From the human T2T-CHM13v2.0 reference genome, Homo sapiens: 64,000 bases of DNA. Where the stretch lies: assembly GCF_009914755.1 (NCBI RefSeq), contig NC_060934.1. The stretch is one strand, 5' to 3'. Below the pieces are notes generated by a model. It searched no databases. It worked only from the letters and a program-made list of their open reading frames with translations, and was not told where the DNA came from. The translations under genes were made by a program, and so were the position numbers. Shown here one piece after another: positions 57,187 through 64,000 of this stretch. Positions within the stretch are counted from its first letter, which is position 1. Each line of letters begins with the position of its first letter.

Positions 57187-60100
57187 TTATTTCTGGACTC
57201 TCAGTTCTATTTTATTGATCTGTTCTTATGCTAGTATCACACTGTTTAGATTACTGTAGCTTTCTAGTAAGTTTTGAATGTGGAAAACGTGAGTACTCCA
57301 GCTTCGTTTTTCTTTTTTCAAGATTATTTTGGCTATTCTGCATTCCTTGATTTTCCATATAAATTTGAGGATTGCCTTGTCAATTTCTGCAAAGAAGTCA
57401 TCTGGGATTTTGATAGAGATTGCATTGAACTTATAGATTAACTCTGGGATATTTCTATCTTTAACAATAAGTCTTCTGGTCCAAAAACATGATATGTATT
57501 TTCATTTATTTTGATCTTTTAAGACCTCTTTCAACAATGTTTTATATTTTTCGGAATATACCATTTGGATTTCTTTTGTTATCTTTATTCCTAAGTATTT
57601 TTTGATGTTATTGTAAATGGAATTATTTTTCTAATTTCATTTTTGTCTTGTTCATTGACAGTGTATAGAAACAGAATTGATTTTTGCAAACTGATCTCAT
57701 GTGCTAAAATCTTGCTGAATTCATTTACATATTTTAATTTTTTTGTGAATTGCTTAGGATTTTCTACATAGAAAAATCGTGTCATCTGCCAATTGAGACC
57801 ATTTTACATCTTTCTTTCCTATCTGGGTGCCTTTTTTTCCCTTATATAATTGCAATAGTTGGAACCTTCAGTATGATGTTGAATGGAAGTGGTGAGTAGA
57901 CATCCTTGTTTCTTTTGTGATCTTAGAAGGAAAGCATGTTGTCTTTCCCATTAAATGTGATGTTATCTATGTTTTTTTTGTTGTTGCTGCTTTTTTAGTA
58001 TATACGCTTTATTAGGTTGAGGAAATTCTCTTTTATTCTTTCTGAGTGTTTTTACTATGAAGGAGTTTTGTATTTTGTCATTTTTTTCTGTATCTATTGA
58101 GATGATTATGAGGTTTTGATCTTTTATTCTATTAATATAGTATTAATAGAACAATTAATAATATGGTATTACGTTGATGATTTTTTGGATGTTAAACCAA
58201 CCCTGCATTCCTGGGACAAACTGCACTTGATCATTGTGTATAATCCTTTTTATATGTTGCTGAATTTAGTTTGCTAGTATTTTGTTATTATTGTATCCAT
58301 ATTCATAAGAGGTATTAGTAGTGTTCTTTTTTTGTGATGTCTTTGTCTAATTTCAGTATCAGAATAGTAATGGCCCCATAGAATGAGTTGGGAAGTGTTT
58401 ATGCCTAACTTTTTGCAAGTTTGTGAAGAATTGATAATAATTTTTCTTTAAAAGCTCCTTTAAATGCAAATATTTTTAAAACGCAAATTATTCTTTAAAT
58501 GTTTAATTTCACCAATGAAGCCATTGGGGCTTGGCTTTCTTTTTGCAGTTAGTTGTTGGATTACTAATTTCATCTCTTTAGTTGTTAAAGGTTTCTTTAG
58601 ACTTTCTATTTCTTCTTTAGTCAGGTTTGGTTTCTGTGTTTTTCTAGGAATTTCTCCAGTTCATCTAAGTCATTTAATTTATTGACATATAATTGTTCAT
58701 AGCATTCACTTATAATTTTTTATTTTTGAAGGTTAGAGGTAATATCTTCTTTTTCATTTCTGATTTTAATCTTTCTTTTTTCTGGTCAGTATAGTTAAAG
58801 ATTTGCCAATTTTGTTAATCTTTTCAAATAACCAATTTTGGTTTTTAAAGATTTCTCTATTTTTTTCCCATTGGCATTAGCAAGGGTTGGGGAAGTATTT
58901 TCTCTATTGTCTTTATTATTAAGGAATTAGCCTGGTCTATGTTATTTCTAGACTAGCCTCTATTATTTTCTTCTTTCTTCTTGGTTTAGGTTTGGGTTTG
59001 GGCTCTATGAATATAGAGCTTGATCAACTACCAGGTACATGCTTGAATTCCATCTTGTGATGACAGAGCTGGGATTACAAAGAGGAATGATACACACACT
59101 CTTCCATTGAAAACCCATGGTGCAGTGGGAGAGACTCAAATGCACCACTTCCATATAAGTGGCCAGTGCTATAAGGAGCCATTATCAGGAAGGAAATGAT
59201 AGCCTGGGAGGGCCTCAGAGAAGTCAGAGAAGCTTCCCAGAAGAGGTGATGTTAGAATGGGGTTTTGAAGGAGAATAGAAATCAGTTAGGTATCGAAGTG
59301 AAGGAAGGGAGGTTCTGAGAAGGGGTTAGCATGTGGAAAGCCCAGGGCTGAGAGAACAGGGTGCATTCTCAGAACTGGAAGTTGTGTGGTGTTTTTGGAG
59401 CAGGACTGAGAAGGTGAGGCTGTGCTTGAGAGAAATGTAAACAGGGGTCCTGTGCGAGAGTCCACGATCTTTCTGCTTCACAAGGCTGAAGCCAGAGCCC
59501 TTCCCTGAGCTCAGGCTCAGCTTTGCCAAGTCAGAAGTGATTGCAGAGCTGTAGAAGAGTTGATCTATTAATGGTATGTAGAACAAAGGGAATATTTTTA
59601 AATATTGTAGTACAATATTTAAGAAGCTTCCACATGGCAAGAGGAACTGCAGCCCCTACCCAAAGCCAGAAAGGGGATCCTGCCTCATACTTGCTTTTTT
59701 GAGGCTGACTTGCGAGGTGTGAGGCCTACCTCGAGAGTGATGGGGTGCCTCTGTGTGTTCTGAACTCTGCGTGAGGACAGGCCCTGATGCCTGGGCAGAA
59801 AAGCGCCTCCCTAGGCCAGACCAGACTGGGCCCAGGCCATCATGGCAAGGACTCCACCAGAGAGCAAAAGGTCAGAGCAGATGAAGCAGGATGGGCAGAG
59901 GCTGGCAGGTCTATACCAGGCAGCTAGGGGCACTTAGGGGGTTCTTAAACTCCTAGTCACATCAGGAGCTTTGCATCAGTGCTGTCAAAGGGAAGGCCAG
60001 GGTCTGGCCTTAAAAGATACCTCTGAGAGACTGTGCTGTGGGTCTGTGAAGGGACTTGGGTTGTGGCAGGAGAAGTCGGGACTCATCCGGCTCCGAAGAG

Positions 60101-60535
60101 CCATGCAGCCTCATTCACGTGTCCCACTCCAGTGTAGGAAGTCCTGTCTCACACAGGAGCTGGGGACACTGAGGATGGTGGAGGAATTCCACTACAGGGA
60201 GACATCAGGAACACAAAGTGTGGTTGTTGGAGCTGGAAGGTGAGGATGAGTTCACCAGCCAGAGAAGAAGAGAAAAGAGCTCCAGAGAGAAGGTACAGCA
60301 CATACAAAGGTGTGGAGCACTCACTACTCCCTGGGCAACTTCTGCCAAAAATCAGGACCCTTTCCTCCTATACACCCTTCTCACTTCCTGGGCTGTCATG
60401 CATGTTTGCTTGTGCAACACTCTGGGAAGCAGGCGGCACAACCCCATCTCACAGATGAGGAAGCCAAGGCTTGAGAAGTGTGATGGGAGATCTGGGACGA
60501 GAGTCCCAGCTCCTGCTCCTGGTCCAGTGCTCTGC

Positions 60536-60885
60536 TCGTGTGTGTGAGCATGCGTGTGTGTGTGTGTGTGAATATATATGTATGGATGTGTGGATATGGA
60601 AGGTGTTTGTGTGAGTGCAGGAGTTTGTATGTGTGAACATGTAGGGTGTTTGTGTATGAGTATTTGTGTGTATGTGCATGTTTGTGTGTGTGTGGATATT
60701 TATGGGTGTTTGTGTCTATGTGTGTGTTTGTATGCAGGTGCACGTATATATGTGTGAATATGCCTGTGTGTATGTGTGGATATGCAGGGTGTTTGTGCGT
60801 GTATTTGTGTGCATGTGTGTGGACCCCATAGGTGTTTGTGTGTGCAGATGTATGTATGTATGTGTGAATGGGTGTATGTGTGTGA
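60536..60885. repeat. Degenerate (TG)/(TATG) low-complexity tract
   Basis: Read directly from sequence. Confidence 0.9.
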
Positions 60886-61049
60886 AGGGTGGGCACACAC
60901 AAGGGCCCTGTGAGAGAGAAGCCCCTAACTTGTCTATCAGTCCTTTCTACACTGGGGATGAAGGTTTTGTGAGCCAGGCAGGCTGACAGCTGACATGGAG
61001 AAATCTTGGGTACTGGAGTTGCCAAGACATGTTTCATGTCCATGTTCTG

Positions 61050-61170
61050 TCACTCATTGGTTGCATCACCTCCTTCACTCTCAGTTTTCTCATCTGTAAA
61101 ATGGTATCCTCATGGTCTCTCTCATGAGTTGCTGTAAAAAAGGATAATTTTTTTGTGTGAAATTTCTAGG
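61050..61170 (+). mobile_element. MIR
   Basis: CTCAGTTTTCTCATCTGTAAAATGG. Confidence 0.7.
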
Positions 61171-62033
61171 GCCTGGCCCATGGAGGGGATCTGTACAAGC
61201 TAGGCTGCTCTCCTCTGAAGATCCCAGGGTAGCCAGCCTGGCTTGGCTTCCTGGGGGCCCAACACAATAGGCTTTTCCTGATGGCCTTGGAATTCAGGTC
61301 ATCCATGGACACATTGGACCCATGGGCACATAGCCTGTCAAATGTGCAGCTCAGCACTCTCTGGGACCCTGTGGGGCAACAGAGAATCAGGCAGACGGGT
61401 ATTGGGGTGACCCGGGGGGAGGGTCAACATCACACGTGCATCTCAAAGCCTGCCTTTCCCTAGCTGGGTCTGTTATTCCTGGTGGGCAGAGCCCTAGGCC
61501 TTGCCTTGCCCACAGGTTGGGGCACACAGGCAGGGTCTTCCCTGACAGCCATTCTGGGGCACAAAGGAGGTGGCTGGCCCAAGGCTGGTGTGGGGTGTAT
61601 GTTGTAAGAAATGGGGTAGGCCACCAGACCCAAGGTGACCTCTATCAGGGAGAGCCCATTGAGAGGACTGGAACCTGGGTCCTGGATGGGGAGCCAGGAC
61701 TCGGGAGCCAGTTCTTCATGGGAGCTAAAGTCAGAGCTGGAATAGTCCCATGTGAGAGAGGAGCCTGGAGTTAAGGTTAGGATGGCCCTGAGGCTGAATG
61801 GTAGTGGGTGCCGCAGGAGTGGGAAGGTTTAGGTGACGTCTGGTATCACTGCCACTATGAGCTATGCAGAGGGGGCCTAATAAGTCCAGGGGCGGGACCG
61901 TCAAGACCCTGGGCCTGGACTGCCCTCTCTCCACAGTGTCTCTGAGCCACATTAGAGGTCTGCGCTTATGGCTTCAGCTCCTCCTTTAGGGCAAGAACCC
62001 AGGAAGTTATCTGGTCTGCAGCATTAGGTCCTG

Positions 62034-62585
<552 letters not shown>

Positions 62586-63399
62586 GAAATCTGAATTTTT
62601 AAAATTCAGTAAGCCCTCAGTAAGCCACGCCCCAGGACACCCCCAGAGGCAGACGCCCTTTGTTAGGAGCTACATGGTCGTCGTTCCCACCATCCCCCAA
62701 CACTCAGGAAAGGGGCAGGGACTGTTTCAGGACATCGACTCCTTTCTTGGGCCCATCCTGGGTGGACAGCCACTGTCCGTGGCCCCTTTCTGCACGGACT
62801 GGGGTTCCTTTCTGAGTATGCAGAGGGTGGCAACAAGGTCTCTTTCTGAATTAAAAAAAAAAAATTAAAAACAAACTTAAAAAACAAAATTGAAAAAACC
62901 CCAAATCCCAGGATGGAAGAATAAATACAATCAACAAAAGTTCTGTTATTTATAAATGGAAATTTTTGCCATTAATAATGATGTGATACTAAAAATTTTT
63001 AATGCATATTGATTATAAGGTTTTACCAATTTTTAAATGGGACACTTTGCTTTATATTGCTAAATATAAAACAATATAAAACAAATTTGGACAAGGCTGT
63101 CCAAATTTGGGTAATATTTGCTTAACTGCAGTGTCATAATGAAAGTAGCTTGGTATTTTCAAAATTGGATTCTAATTTCTGGCCAGTTAAAGTTCTCAAG
63201 GAGAAAAAATTTTAACAACAGAAGGTCTAAGGAATGCATGGTCAAAACAGGAAACACCCAGTGGGCAGGTGACATGGGCGGAACCTCCAGGGAAGGTCAG
63301 GCACGCTCAGACTTTGTTCTGCACCTGGCTGTGATCCCTGCTCCTTCTCATAATCCAGTGTGTCTTTTCTTTGACTTCTAGTTAGCTTCAATCTGTGAA

Positions 63400-63627
63400 T
63401 TCAAGTACCAACTTTGTTTTTGTTTTCAAAATCTTGAACTCTGGACCACTTTCGGCATGCTGTTTTAAGAAAGTAGTTCACTTTCTGAAAATGGTTTTAA
63501 TTACTTTGCTATTCACGTGGAAGCATAATTTGCACATTCAGCCAATTTTTGCAAATAACTTTCCTCTGTTTCATATTGTTTCAAGCCTAGAGGAATAATA
63601 ATTTCTTGTTCCAGGAGATACTGTTTT
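63400..63627 (-). mobile_element. Degenerate hAT (Charlie/GTF2IRD2-like) transposase coding remnant
   Basis: Hand translation gives ...CANYAST*IAK*LKPFSESE...(frameshift)...MPKVVQ..DFENKNKV, resembling the hAT motif ASY..IAK..KPFS/T.GE....DF.NK. Confidence 0.45.
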
Positions 63628-64000
63628 CAGTCATTAATTGGTGATTTGATTAAAAAACAAATTCTGCCTTCTGCCTGGATCATAGTGATCCCCAAGGGGC
63701 TGTTCTGTTGTTTGCAGATCTGAGATATCAATACTCTGTCTCCCTAAACCTTCAGGATAGTCTGCTGCATACACAGTAACCTGTATCAATGTCTGGCTTC
63801 TTTCTTTGAAGGTAAAAAGAGGGTGTGCTCTGTGCCTCATCACCATGGTACAAAACAGGATGGCCCCTGCAGCTTGGTGAGAAGATCACTAAACTGAACT
63901 AACTTCATAGGATCTGGTTTTTGGCAGCAGATGTAACCATGAGACTAGAAGGCCCCAGGAATTCATAAACTTCCTGGCATTGAGCTGGGCTCGTCCATGG

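Overview
This is primate, most likely human, genomic DNA, apparently from the segmentally duplicated 10q11.22 region. The only protein-coding gene I can support is GPRIN2 (+ strand). It has a CpG-island promoter (~6.1-7.3 kb), two non-coding 5' exons (ending ~6674, and 8476-8586), and a terminal exon from 12423 carrying the whole 461-codon CDS (12429-13814) and probably a ~7.6 kb 3'UTR. The protein has a 3-residue (MRE) tandem duplication plus eight substitutions relative to the 458-aa reference protein as I recall it, so this may be the second (paralogous) GPRIN2 copy rather than the standard reference allele. The remainder is repeat-rich intergenic DNA: ~20 Alus, nested L1s, MIR/L2, solo LTRs (THE1, LTR8-type, MST, MLT1), DNA transposon fossils, a second CpG island and long TG-rich tracts. 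I found no prokaryote-type system (CRISPR, operon) and no convincing wholly novel system. The best leads are the paralog-like GPRIN2 allele, a uORF ending 7 nt before the GPRIN2 start, an inverted L1PA pair sharing non-consensus variants, an E-box minisatellite and a hAT transposase fossil. Repeat subfamily names and reference comparisons are from memory and need RepeatMasker/BLAST confirmation.
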